A DNA stretch of 63,924 nt, filler included, from Nemertoderma westbladi (GCA_032718475.1; 3 parts of 3 records of this genome joined end to end with filler, not necessarily neighbours in it); one strand, 5' to 3'. Positions 49,546 through 62,582 are shown, counted from the first letter of the whole stretch. Notes: generated from the sequence alone by a model not told the origin. Program-made: numbers and translations.

Positions 49546-51286
49546 TACACATGTGTGTCGGCAATAAATTGTTTCATTATCAATAGTGCCATAGCCATAG
49601 TATAAGTCGTTTTGTTTTATTCACTGTTCTGTTCAACTTCATTCTGTCTGCCTGTTTTATTATATGTGCAGTTTTATTTATACGCTTCTATGACAGCGGT
49701 GTCTCCATCCAAATAATATAATACAGTAATATAATATAAATATAGCTTATACAATACAGCAATATTATGTAAATAAATAAACTGACATGACCAATAGCAA
49801 TAATGACTGATCAGCTGATAGCTGGAACTGTGATAGCCTACCTGCCAACTGCATAACAGCATTTAAGGTTAAATACGTAAATAAATGACCAGTTGCTGTC
49901 AGCCAGTGCCTGAGTGCTGCATTGTGAGTTTCCTTTCTGCCTCCTGCATGGCCAGTTGTTATTGTGTTGCTGTGCTGTTGGTCTGATGAACGCATGTCTG
50001 CTGTCTCAGTCTCACTCTGTCACTGTCTGCCTGGTGCTAGGTTCGGCGGATTTCTGCGCCAGGCAAATATGTACGCCGGGTGTGCTGGGCTGATTCCTGC
50101 TCCGGCGCCGGGTCAATTTCTGCAGCGTCGACGCCGGGAATATTTCGACGCCTGCTGCGCCGAGCGCAGCATCTCTACCATTGCCAGTGCTCCGCCGGCT
50201 ACGCCGGCATAGCACTTCTCTGCGCCGACCCTTCCGGCTCAATGCCCGGCGTAGCACATTTCTGCGCCAGCTCCCGGCGCAAGTTCTAGTGCTGCGCCGA
50301 ACGTGCTCGGCGTACATGTAAAACTTTTCAATAGGGCCTCCACTATATATGCCATACATGTAGGCCTACCATACCTGCACCGGTGCTCACTACAGACTGT
50401 GGAGATAGCTACCGGCAAGAGGTGTTTGGTATATAGTTTTAGTCAGTAATGGCATACAGCAACTACTGACTTTATGATTTCATCAAGTTCATCAAACCAG
50501 GCTGACGACTCAGCCCTTTAATTAATTGCAGCGGGATTGGATAATTTATTAATTAATTTGGGGAACTTTACTAATTAGTAAAATCGTTAATTAGTTTGAT
50601 TCAAAAGATTTTAGAGTAATTATCATTTGTAAAATAGTAAACCGCTTTGATACACCTTGTGAATAAGGATTTGGGGGCGGGGGGGACAAAGCCCCCCCGC
50701 CAATTCCCACCCACCACACACATATCAGAGTACTTCCCATTGAATGATTGATTGACATTTTATAACAGTCGTTCAGTGCAGTAGTTGGCTAGATTTGATA
50801 AGCGCCGCTGTCCCATAGGGCTAATGTAAAAATACTCTCTCTTGGAAAACGATTTTCTGAGTAGATACACTTGGAACCAAATGTCCCAATGTGGGTCCAG
50901 GGGAATGGATAATTAAATTCGTACTGTATCATTTCCACACATTGCAGACCAAATGAAAAACCAATGACAACTACACGTCTTACAAAAACGCAGCCATTAT
51001 GGGTTCAGATTACTGCTGTCTAAGCATGTTTTATAAGGACCAGTTGAATTACTGGGAATTTAGAAAAACATGCATATGTAACCTCCGTATCTTCAATTGC
51101 CTTTCCCTCTAATGTAAATCAAAATTACGGGTCAATTTACCGCAGGCAAAATCAATTGTCTGACAGGACATTCCTGTCAGACAGGAATGACCTGTCAGAC
51201 AGGAATGACCTGTAATATAGGAAATATAGGTTTTCTTTTTGGAGTTATTACAGCCCTGGTGACTAAATGAGAAAACAAACAGGTTC

Positions 51287-51334
51287 TTTATTATCAATTA
51301 ATTTCTGCCACTAGGGCCATCTTCAGGATATAAA
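51287..51334 (-). ncRNA. Penelope-type minimal hammerhead ribozyme, slightly degenerate
   Basis: TTTATATC-CTGAAGA-TGGCCCTAGTGGCA-GAAA-TTAAT-T-GATAATAAA. Intact core, palindromic stem III and paired stem I. Confidence 0.6.
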
Positions 51335-51532
51335 TCAAACAAAACAGACGGAAACCACACCGACTACATACAGTTGCTTATATTTACTTACATGCTACAA
51401 TAAAAAAATACAAAAATAGGCCTAGGTATAAGTACTACAAAAAACCGTAACCGCAACCAACTACACCACAGTGGTCATGTAGTGTTAGAAGCAGTTAGAA
51501 GCAAAACGTGTGGATTTAATATAGCACTGTAT

Positions 51533-51563
<31 letters not shown>

Positions 51564-52314
51564 GGGGTGGGGGGGGGGGGGGATACAGTGCTATATTAAA
51601 TCGCATATAATATATATTATATGTTAATAAATTCACAAAGAAGAATAGACTGACACGACGGTTTTCAATATCTGTGCGAATGTTTATTCCCTTAGCATTC
51701 TCATTGCTGCTTCTATCAGTCTATACTATGTTAGTGCCATATACCGTAGCAACCAACAACATTCTATAGCCAGGTTGGTGGAAAAGCCGTTCAAAAATAA
51801 ATCACGGTTGGTTAGATTTCTAAGCGGCGTCAAGAAGAGTTATGGTTAATAGATACTGCACTGTTGACGCATCCCGGGGCTGGCGGACACCGCGGCTGTC
51901 ACTCATCCTGGACCTGTCCTGCATTGTTTATTTTACAAAAGGTAGCGGCAGCCACACTCTTTAAATCACTTATATTTAAGCCCTGCAAACATTTTGACGT
52001 TAATTTAACGTTAATTTACGTTAATATTCTACCATTCCAACGTTATTTTTTAACGTGCCCTTACGTTAAATTAACGTATTATTGGCCGGGGTTACTACGT
52101 TAAAAATATACATAAATTGTACTCAAATCATACTAATTAACTCATGTCTGAAAATAACGTTAACTGCCGTATATTGTGAACGTTATTTTTTAACGTGCCC
52201 TTACGTTAAATTAACGTATTGAAATTGAAGACGTATTTATTCATACATATGAATATTTTCAAATATAGCACAACATATAAGGAATATTCGATGTCGATGT
52301 TGCAATATGTGGAA

Positions 52315-52730
52315 TAACTCTGACTGATAAAATATGCGGAACAAATGAAACTGACTGGTAAAATATACGGAACAACTGACTGGTAAAATATACGGAACAA
52401 CTGATGATAAAATATACGGAGCAACTGACTGATAAAATATACGGAGCAACTGACTGTTAAAATATACGGAACAACTAACTGATAAAATATACGGAGCAAC
52501 TGACTGGTAAAATATACGGAACAACTGACTGGTAAAATATACGGAACAACTGATGATAAAATATACGGAACAACTTACTGGTAAAATATACGGAACAACT
52601 GATGATAAAATATACCGTTCAACCGACTTATTAATTACTTACAACTGATAAAATATACGGAGTAACTGACTGATAAAATATACAGAACAACTGACTAATA
52701 AAATATACGGAACAACTGACTGATGAAATA
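52315..52730. repeat. 24-25-bp minisatellite
   Basis: CAACTGACTG(G/A)TAAAATATACGGA(A/G) in tandem. Confidence 0.9.
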
Positions 52731-53809
52731 TAAAACGATTAACGTATTATTGGCCGGGGTTACTACGTCAAATAAATACGTTAAAAAAATACGTCAATAA
52801 TACGTTAAAAAAATACGTCACTAATACGTTATTTTTGATTCAAAAGCATAAAAAAGATCAAGTTTGAGATTTACTTCATGGACCACAGCGGTAGTTACTT
52901 GGTGGACCTGCAAGGGACTGGGGGGGGGGGGGACCTAACCCTAACACAGCCTACGCCTACGCCCCTACACCTACTACACCTTAGGAGTGGAACCTTCAAT
53001 GCATTTAGGCAAAATAAATATCGGATTATTTCTGAGAAGAATTATGATGACTTTTGATCAATTGCTAAGAAATTTGTTTAGATTTATATAAAATACTATC
53101 ACATACCTATTTGGCCTCTACGTTAGATAAATCATTTGATTAAATTATTTAAATTTATTAGTTATCAAACAATTTAATTGATAATTTAAAATTAAATTAT
53201 AGGAAATTAATAACTATTTAGAGTCTGACGTCATTTAACGTTAGACTTGCGTTTTTTGCAGACGCTGGGGGTAGAATGAAACCAATTTATTGTTTGTATT
53301 AACTACACTGTATATCAAACCTCACCAATCATTTAACGATGGTAACGAATGGTGTTTATTTTATTTAGCCACTCACACTGAATAAACGTAGTGCCGATTT
53401 TATATAAATACTTGGCAGTCGAAAATGAACTTATTTAACAAATTTTGCCCGGAATAAAAAATAATTCAAAGCTAAATTTACGGTATATCGGTAATATAAA
53501 TCGGCATAACGTACTGTACTATATACAGTATTGACTAAATAAACTTCAATAAACAAAAATATGAGAAATAAACAAAACTACAGTATAAAAAAATAATACC
53601 AAAATTGAAAGAAATATTCAATATTGCATCGTTATAAATTCAATAATATTGCACATCCACATCACAATAATATATTGAAGAACATGTAAACTAATTAATA
53701 TTGCAGTTACAGTAGTTATATTATGGGAGTACAAAATAAAGACCTGCAGTTACAGTAGTTATATTATGGGAGTACAAAATAAAGACCTAAGACCCAACAC
53801 CTTAAGACC

Positions 53810-54460
53810 AAAGACCCTACAAAAGTAAGACCCCCCCTTCCCCGCCCTGGTACAATGTACGATCCCCCAGGTACAAAAGTAAGACCCCCCAGGTACAAAC
53901 GTAAGACCCCCCCCCCCCCCCCCCAAGGTACAAAAGTAAATCCCCCTGGTACAAAAGTAAGACCCCCTGGTACAAACGTAAGGCCCCCAGGTACAAACGT
54001 AAGACCCACCCAGGTACAAAAGTAAGACCCCCAGGTACAAACGTAAGACCCCCCCCCCCCAAGGTACAAAAGTAAGACCCCCTGGTACAAAAGTAAGACC
54101 CCCTGGTACAAACGTAAGGCCCCCAGGTACAAACGTAAGACCCACGTGGCCCAGGTACAAAGGTAAGACTCCCCTGGAACAAAAGTAAGACCTCCAGGTA
54201 CAAAAGTAAGACCTCCCCCCCTTAGGTACAAAAGTAGTGTAAGACCCCCAGGTACAAAAGTAAGTCCAAGTATGACCCCTCCAGGTACAAAAAGTAAGAC
54301 CCCGCCAAGTACAAAAGTAAGACCCCCCTGGTACAAAAGTAAGACTCCCCTGAAACAAAAGTAAGACCCCCTAGTACAAAAGTATTAAGACCCCCCCAGG
54401 GAAAAAAGTAAGACCACACCCCCTCCCCCCCAGGTACAAAAGTAAGACCACAAGGTACAA
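53810..54460. repeat. ~21-25-bp minisatellite with a variable C-run
   Basis: GGTACAAA(A/C)GTAAGACCCCC(n) in tandem. Confidence 0.92.
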
Positions 54461-54574
54461 CTTGAGTGATAGTTGCATGACACTGAATTACAACACTATA
54501 TTCCGGGGGACCTGGTGCAATAAATATTAACGTGACTAAATTAAATTACAATTTTCTAATACAAGAATGATTCT

Positions 54575-55160
54575 ATTTAACCAATGTCAGACGTTTTAAA
54601 TTAACATTAAAAATCGATGTTAAATTTCAACGTTTGTTTAATATTGGGTTTAGTGATTTATGTTCATGATTAAATTTAACCAATGTCTGACGTTTCAAAA
54701 TAACGTTAAAAATCTATGTTAAAATTCAACGTTTGTTTAACGTTTGGGTTTAGTGATTTTTGTACATGATTAAATTTAACCAACATCAGACGTTTCAAAA
54801 TAACGTTAAAAATTGATGTTAAAATTAACGTCTGTTTAACGTTTGTGTTTAGTCATTTTTGTTCATGATTAAATTTAACCAATGTCAGACGTTTCAAAAT
54901 AACGTTAAAAATTGATGTTAAAATTCAACGTCTGTTTAACGTTTGTGTTTAGTCATTTTTGTTCATGATTAAATTTAACCAATGTCAGACGTTTCAAAAT
55001 AACGTTAAAAATTGATGTTAAAATTCAACGTCTGTTTAACGTTTGTGTTTAGTCATTTTTGTTCATGATTAAATTTAACCAATGTCAGACGTTTCAAAAT
55101 AACGTTAAAAATTGATGTTAAAATTGAACGTCGGTTTAACGTTTGGGTTTAGTTGATTTT
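54575..55160. repeat. 100-bp tandem array, about 6 copies
   Basis: GTTCATGATTAAATTTAACC at 54861, 54961 and 55061. Confidence 0.92.
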
Positions 55161-57697
55161 AGACATGTAGTTTTTAAACGATTATAAGACGTTAGAAAAC
55201 GTTTGTTCTAAGTTATTTTTATAACTTTATTTTTCTAACCTAAAACAGACTAAAGTCTAACGTTAGATTAGCGTAATTAACGTAAAATGTTTGCAGGGAG
55301 TAGGCCTACCTGTCTTCAGTCTGGGTAACAGACGTTTCGGTCTAAGACGTTTTGGCCTAGGATGTTTCGGTCCAATGAATAGATGAAAGGGTAAGAATAA
55401 GTAAGAAAATAATAAGTTTAATTCGGAGTGGTCCAATGAATGAAATGCAAGATTTGCTTGTGGGACGTTTTGGCCCAAAGATTCACTTTACTCCCTTAAA
55501 TAAGTTATTCAATATATTTGTTTTGTAGTTGTTACCATCGTTACTAGAGGAGTTGTCAGTTGGAACTGCTCCACCTGTTTGAAAATCGAAGTTCTACATT
55601 ATATTTATAAATAATAACTAATATATATACTATATTATTATTTTACACCATACTGTAACTTATAACAAAAATAACATATGCTGACAAATTAACTTTAGTA
55701 TTATGGATGGGGTTTCCCCCCTAAAAAAACATACGTATTTTAAAATGTGAGTCAATAAATAAAGTACATTAAAATACACCGAATTAAAATTATTACTGTA
55801 TTTTAATGTTAGATTTAAAAATATAATAGATAAGAAATATTCCATTAAAGGAGCATTGCTAATAATTATGAGACAGACTGGATATCATATGGAATGAGAT
55901 AAAATATATGCGTATTAAATTTAAATTTAGATGAAATATATGCGTATTAAAAGGGCCAGAGTGGATGTGAAGTGAAATAAAATATGTATTAATAAAAGCA
56001 TTATACGTCGTTATCTATGGGTATAAATCATCTATCATCGAAGATGAGAGTTATTGTTTCAACAGATCATTAAGACATAGCTGCAATACACTGTCCAGCT
56101 ACAAGAATTATCAATTGAGTAGTGTTTAAAATTAATGAAGTATCTCCAAAATATATTGATCAGACGAGATTTAAGCCCTAAATGGTTCGTGAAATTGATT
56201 CACTTTGGTAGTACTGTATATTAGTTTCAGATAATTTTTACAGTTGATCCAACATAACAGATAATATCATTAATTCCAATTTTTCTAATTCTTTAAAATA
56301 TTTTTATAAAAATACTATCCTTAAAATCAAATCATTACTACTTATGATACATTAATCAATCGTTGATAACTCAGAACCACCAATCCTCTAATCCAAATCT
56401 AATGTAGTACAATAAGTATAATTCTAAGGCTTTATTTATACCTACAATATACTGTTACCAGTTACCAATTACCGGTACACCGGTAGAAATTTCCGCGGAC
56501 ATAAAAAGTCAAAATCAGCGGACATAATGAGTAAATTCCACGGACAAAAACAATTATTGTGGATCTAAAGCACTGTATCCTAGTGGACCATCGAATCCTT
56601 TGACAATCAGTGAATAACTACTACCCACAGCCGTCTCACACCCCCCCCCCCCCCCCCCTCTCTCTCTCTCTCTCACAAACTCAGCTGTCCTACCAAACTA
56701 ATGTGTTCTATACTATCTCCCTATAGAACCTGTTGTATTACATCTAACCAATATTAGTTAACTTCTCTACCTTCATGAAGAGCCTATGAATTTCGATGGT
56801 TACACCAAATAATTCCACTCTGCTACTAATGACTCACCAGCAGATAGCTTTTCCAGCGGCCTTCATTGATTGGCTAAATTCTTGGCTATCATTTGGTTAC
56901 ATGTTCTGCCTGTGCCGGCCTATAAGCAAACCAACAACAATATTCTGTACATTATTACTGTTCTGGGTTTGTGTTATTGCATTATTTTATATATAGCTAA
57001 TCTGCTAATGGCCTCAATGTGTAGATCGATGCGCGATCGGACCACTTTTCTTCATATTTGTTTAGGCCTAAGGCAGCAACCCAGGTAGCATACTGTAACC
57101 GCATTTATATTTATTTATATTAATTAATTGCTTTGATTTTAGTTAGGTGTAAGCTTAAGTACTTTGTAAACATAGGCCTGTCTACCTGTCACATAGGCCT
57201 GTCTTTTTATATGCCTGTATAGTAAAATTCTGAGAATATATGATCAGGTGATATAAACTGATTATTAATTCGAATTTGATTAATTCACTGCACTCTGGTG
57301 TTACCACAGGACCAAGTTTGTGTGCTACCCACCACTCCAGCACTCCCAAATAGACAATTGACAAACTTTCATAGAGTTGCCTCAAAGAAAGGTCATTGAC
57401 ACAATCAAAGGTGCAAAGTTCATCACGACATTGAAAAAGTGCTGTAGGCCAATCCGAGCTAGAGGTACCACCAGCGGTACCGGTACATTTCGCCATAATC
57501 AAGTACCGGTAATCCAGAATTATAATACAGTAATATCGGAATATGAAAATCAGTCTTAAAACACTGACTGTATGTACTGCTGTATGCTACTGCTACGCTA
57601 CACACTCTGATACTAGGACTATAATAATACAGTATCGGTACCGGCTGACCGGTAATACCTAATAGCAGTATAGCCTACCTCTGTACCTGTAGCAATA

Positions 57698-58420
57698 GCA
57701 GTTGCAGTATAGTGCCTGTCAGCCTGTAGGCTTGTGTTTGTTGAGCTGATTGCAAGAGTCCCCATATGTGATAGAGCCTGTCACTTCTATGCTATATCAG
57801 TTCAGTACACGGTAGGCCAATACTTAGGCTGTTAGGCCACCAGTATTGGTTCTGTGGTTTGGAAGCAGTGGAATTGTGCACTGGAAGGCACCCAACCACC
57901 CAGACCACTCACCGTGGTCTGGTGGTACTTTAAATTAATCTAATCTAATTATTAATTAATCATAATAATTAATTTATCTAATCTAAAGCCCGGTTTCCAT
58001 GATTTAACATACTGTAGCTACTGTACTATAGCTATATTACTATATACTAATACTGTATATACTGCAGTTGCAGTATAGTGCCTGTCAGCCTGTAGGCTTG
58101 TGTTTGTTGAGCTGATTGCAAGAGTCCCCATATGTGATAGAGCCTGTCACTTCTATGCTATATCAGTTCAGTACACGGTAGGCCAATACTTAGGCTGTTA
58201 GGCCACCAGTATTGGTTCTGTGGTTTGGAAGCAGTGGAATTGTGCACTGGAAGGCACCCAACCACCCAGACCACTCACCGTGGTCTGGTGGTACTTTAAA
58301 TTAATCTAATCTAATTATTAATTAATCATAATAATTAATTTATCTAATCTAAAGCCCGGTTTCCATGATTTAACATACTGTAGCTACTGTACTATAGCTA
58401 TATTACTATATACTAATACT
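57698..58420. repeat. 366-bp near-perfect tandem duplication
   Basis: GCAGTTGCAGTATAGTGCC... at 57698 and 58064. Confidence 0.92.
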
Positions 58421-60174
58421 AATATATATTATAGCTAAATTGCAAGTAATGCTAGCTGTAGTAATACTACAGCAGCAATAGTACTATACTAATTAATACT
58501 ACAATAGTAATACTAACAGTTGGCCGTGTCTCACAGCTACCTCCTACTGTATTTCAGATACTCTCATCCCAGTTTCACAACACTACTGCCACTAAATGTG
58601 GAATGCCACAGTACTGGTTCTGCTACTGCAGTACCTACAAAATCTATATATATAATTATATCAATCAAGAGATTAAATAATGTTTTTATAATCTGAGGCG
58701 AATCGGAGCAGCACTTAAGCTGCTTAGCGATAGTCCAGGCATTATTAAAAAAAAAGGGTTGAAAAACCAATACGAATAAAAAAAGGCAATTAAAAACTGG
58801 TATTGAAGAAAAAGAAACGGTAGTAAAAAACAGTAAGAAAAAGGCAAATAAATCATGGTAATTAAAAATGAAAGTCAAAACTTTTATAGGTAATAAAGAA
58901 AAAATGAATAGTAAAAACCAGGTAAAAAAAGGCATTTAAAAACTGGTGATAAAATAAGAATGTAAAAACTAATAATAAAGAAATGGGAAGAAAACCAGTA
59001 AGAAAAAACGGCAAGTAAAGTCTGGTAGGCCTAATAAAAAAGGAAAGTAAAAACTGGAAATTTGTAATAGAAAAGGAAAGTAAAAACTGATAGATTGCTC
59101 AACCACTGATACCTCCTTGGTTTGGCGGCTGGTTCCTATTGCTACTTCGATCTTTCTATCTAAACCATGTACCTGTACTTCACACATTCATTTAAGTCTC
59201 TTTGGGTTGTGAACTCATAACTCAGTTCTACCCGGTAGTTACTGGTATGATTTCTTGTAGTTCAATTTTAATTTTAATAGCGCTCATAGTACTTTCACAC
59301 CTCACATACTGTACTGATGTTACTCTTATTCCACTGTGCCACTGTTTTAGTAGCATTCTTACAGGTAGGCCTTCATTCACTTAAATACTTAAATTTACTG
59401 TGCAAATTTTCAATTATAATTAAATTAAAATCGTATTCATACCTTAAAATAATTGTGCTGTCATTTTCACATATATACATATAATAAATACAATGCAATT
59501 ATACGAATTCAGTTCATATAGGTGTCAAGTATAATTGCTTTACTTCCAGTTACTTTTACTCATTTCATAAAGGTATTAAGTATAATTGCAGTAATTCAAG
59601 TTACTTTTTTACTCATTTCATAAAGTTGTCAAATATAATTTTTTTTTTATAATACAATAACAATTCATCAAATCTAACCACCTTTTTTACAACTTTCCGA
59701 AACAAAATGTAAATAAACGCCCACCACCTATACAGATATGTAAATATAAAATAATGTAAATAATTAAAAATGAAACAGTCTGGCAGTACTGTACTACTGT
59801 TCGGCCGCATCTCAAGTAGTGAGCGGGAGACCCGCCCCATCCTCGAGCCCCAGCCCACTGCGCCACCTTACCTAGAGCCACGCAGGCAGTGGGAGGAGCC
59901 ACGGATGATGGCAAAGGAAATCCGCCTCCACACCCATCCCATAACCGTGCTGTAGGGGCGGTCCCATGCCCGGTGAAGCTGTGTGCCACTGTCAGAATGT
60001 CAGACCCATGTATAAGGGAAGGCTATCTGACTACGCCTTTCAGGGAAATAATGGGGACAAACAAAGACATACAAGAGGGGAAAAACATTTTATCAGTATT
60101 AATACGTGTACTATATCCGAAACTGAAAGTTTTTAAAAATATAGGTGTAATATTATGGTTTTGTCCAGAAGTGG

Positions 60175-60276
60175 AAAAAATGAGAAGCGCGTCACCGGGG
60201 GTTGAACCAGCGCTATACGTACGTTTCGGCCTAACAGGCCTCATCAGTAGCACTAACCAGCTCAGCCACTAGCCCC
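60175..60276 (-). ncRNA. Hammerhead ribozyme (60205-60258) embedded in a tRNA-like Pol III unit (SINE/retrozyme-like)
   Basis: A box TGGCTGAGCTGG; stem I TAGTGCTA/TAGCGCTG; core CTGATGA; stem II GGCCT(gtt)AGGCC; GAAA; stem III ACGTACGT; GUA cleavage site; B box GGTTCAACCC; TTTTTT terminator. Confidence 0.85.
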
Positions 60277-61323
60277 TGACACTCACACTCCCACCTAATC
60301 CACTCCTATTGAACGGGCAGTCTTAAGTTGCTTATATTCCATCTCTAACAGCGGACCTAACGGCCTCAAGTATGCTACTGTAGAGTGAAACAGAAGGGGA
60401 GTACAAATAAGTAGATATTCAGCTCGAGTATTGCTTCCAGGTGATATTAATTAAATAAATTTGTAAATTAATTTTTTTCCACTTCTGAACAAAACCATAA
60501 TATTACACCTTTAATTACAGTTGCAACAGCTCATCTCCAATTTATTTATTTAAAAATATATCCTTTTCTACTATAACGATATAGAAACTATTTACTCTAC
60601 TTTGATTTTCAGATATTTTCTTGCTATCATGCACCCCGGTCAGCCTGTACAATCGGCATGTCGCACATCAGCACATGTACCTACCGGTACAACATATCGC
60701 AGCGTAGTTTGCAGTTCCGTACATGCTGACCCGTGCCGTATTTTTTCGTTGGAATACATACTGCAGCACTGTCAAATCTCAGACTTAACACTGAACCCAC
60801 GACCTCCAAGAGATGCGAATTCAATGCAACCAGTACACCAAGGTCTCTTTGATTAAGAAAATGAATTGAATAATTATTGAATGCTTTTAAATTTAATGTT
60901 GTAATTTAGTTTTGTAATTTCAATACATGACACGCCCCCCCCCCCCCCCCCCCTAACTTTAATACAAATTTGAATGAATAGCATGAATGAAACAGAGTTA
61001 CAGTAGTTTCACCTCCCTCATCCTTAGTGACTGAGCCAGAATTTGTATTTTTATATTTTATTCTTTAGCTACAAGCGTTTCAATAAAGTGTCACTGCCGG
61101 CGATATTGCAGCACCAGTCCCATCGTTTGGAAGTTTAATGTTTTTTTCATGGCGTTACGCCGTGTTCCTTAGGCCGCGTTCACACTACCTATATAATGTA
61201 CGGTATATTTATTGATTATAGGAATCTTGAAATTAATTAATTTAAAATTAAATACAAATTAATAAAGTAAAATTAAATACAAATAATTAATTAAAATTAA
61301 GTACAAATAAATAAGCAATAATA

Positions 61324-61822
61324 AATAAAAGAGCTGCGGTGTCACTTATGACACCCTCTTGGCCCTCTAGGCGACAGTTAGACAACACTGACACCATTGC
61401 GTATCGGATTGATTAATTAGGATAATCAATTAAACCCTAATTAGGAGTCATAAGACACCTATTAGGGTTTAATTGTACTAATTAATTGATGACAGTAGTA
61501 GGGTCTTGGCCGGCTCTGTGACACTTGGACCTAACTGACACCCATTGGGTGTCATATGACACCCAATTATCACCCTATGGGTGTCATTGGGTGTCATTGG
61601 CGCCAGACTGTCTGGGTGACACCTCCCAATTAGGCTAATTAGACCCTAATTGACAGGTGTCATCAATTAATTAGTACAATTAACTCCTAATTAGGGTTTA
61701 ATTGATTATCCTAATTAATCAGACTGATTAGCGCCCTGACACACAATGGGTCATCAGTTAGGTCCAAGTGTCACAGAGCCGGCTCAAGAGGGTGTCATAA
61801 GTGACACCGCAGCTCTTTTATT
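61324..61822. repeat. Complex ~500-bp palindrome made of four inverted-repeat blocks
   Basis: A 61324-61361/61785-61822; B 61410-61448/61683-61721; C 61469-61494/61658-61683; D 61509-61538/61754-61783. Confidence 0.9.
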
Positions 61823-62359
61823 CATTAATATCTATTTATTTATATTTAATTTTAATTAATTATTTGCATTTTATTTTATTCGTATTTAATTCTAAATTAA
61901 TTATTCATTTGTACTTTATGGGTATACAGCTCCCTTACTGGTAACTAATTACTCTTATCTATATCCAACCGCCTGCAGTTCCATAGTCTGCCGCTAGAGG
62001 GCGTATTATCTGAAAATTAACATCTTCTCTAACTTTGTTATTTTCAATTTAACTATTTATTTGTACCTAATTTTAATTAATTATTTGTATTCTATTTGAC
62101 TTTATTTATTCATTTGTACTTTATTTTAAATTAATTAATTGTATTACTTTTACTTTATACATTGATTTCTATTTTTAGATTAATTAGTTTTTATATTACC
62201 AATGAGATCACTATGACATAATGTCTATTTTTAGCTCTATGGTTTATAGATCCCTTATCGTTAACTTTATAATCTTTCCTCTCGCGGCCCCTTTGTCTTC
62301 GTTATTCAATGGCGCCACTCTGTCTACCATTGAATAACATTGGGCAATCATTATCTCGC

Positions 62360-62495
62360 CTGATGTGACGTCATCAAAGCTGCTCTCTGATTGGTTTAAT
62401 TATACAGTCTTTTCTCCCTCCTGTTCCCTGATTGGCTAACCCATTCTAGCCCCCTCTATAATAGCCCCCGTTCACCACATTCCCAATCATTGTCT
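62360..62495 (+). promoter_or_regulatory. Compact Pol II promoter of the downstream orphan ORF
   Basis: CRE TGACGTCA (62366), inverted CCAAT boxes (62390, 62431), TATAATA (62457), and initiator-like TCATT (62487) about 30 nt after the TATA. Confidence 0.6.
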
Positions 62496-62582
62496 CTTTG
62501 TTTTCCTGAAAAGTTTTAATTATTTTCGTAAAAGTATTTATTTATTTTTATTTCCTAAACGAGTTACCGGTACACAATCACG

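Larger units (their letters stand above)
51981..55298. mobile_element. Non-autonomous CMC/EnSpm-like DNA transposon filled with tandem arrays
   Basis: TIRs CCCTGCAAACATTTTGACGTTAATT / AATTAACGTAAAATGTTTGCAGGG. 2-bp TSD AG (51979-51980, 55299-55300). AACGTT subterminal motifs. Confidence 0.8.

Noticed and set aside
50020-50340. GC-rich island or MITE
   Set aside because: It has repeated GCGCCG motifs and one TIR-like end, but no matching partner end or TSD was found.
53759-54419. Overlapping 128-199-aa ORFs (GLTFVPG repeats)
   Set aside because: They are translation artefacts of the minisatellite, which is open in all three frames.
58564-59187. Hydrophobic 'membrane protein' ORFs
   Set aside because: They are antisense translations of A-rich low-complexity repeats (AAAAACTGG).
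60175-60276. Genuine tRNA gene
   Set aside because: There is no anticodon arm (it is replaced by the hammerhead) and no paired acceptor stem.
61172-61202. Adenovirus-ITR-like CTACCTATATAATGTACG
   Set aside because: It is a short AT-rich match that overlaps a Harbinger-TIR-like GGCCGCGTTCACACT, and there is no partner end in the window.
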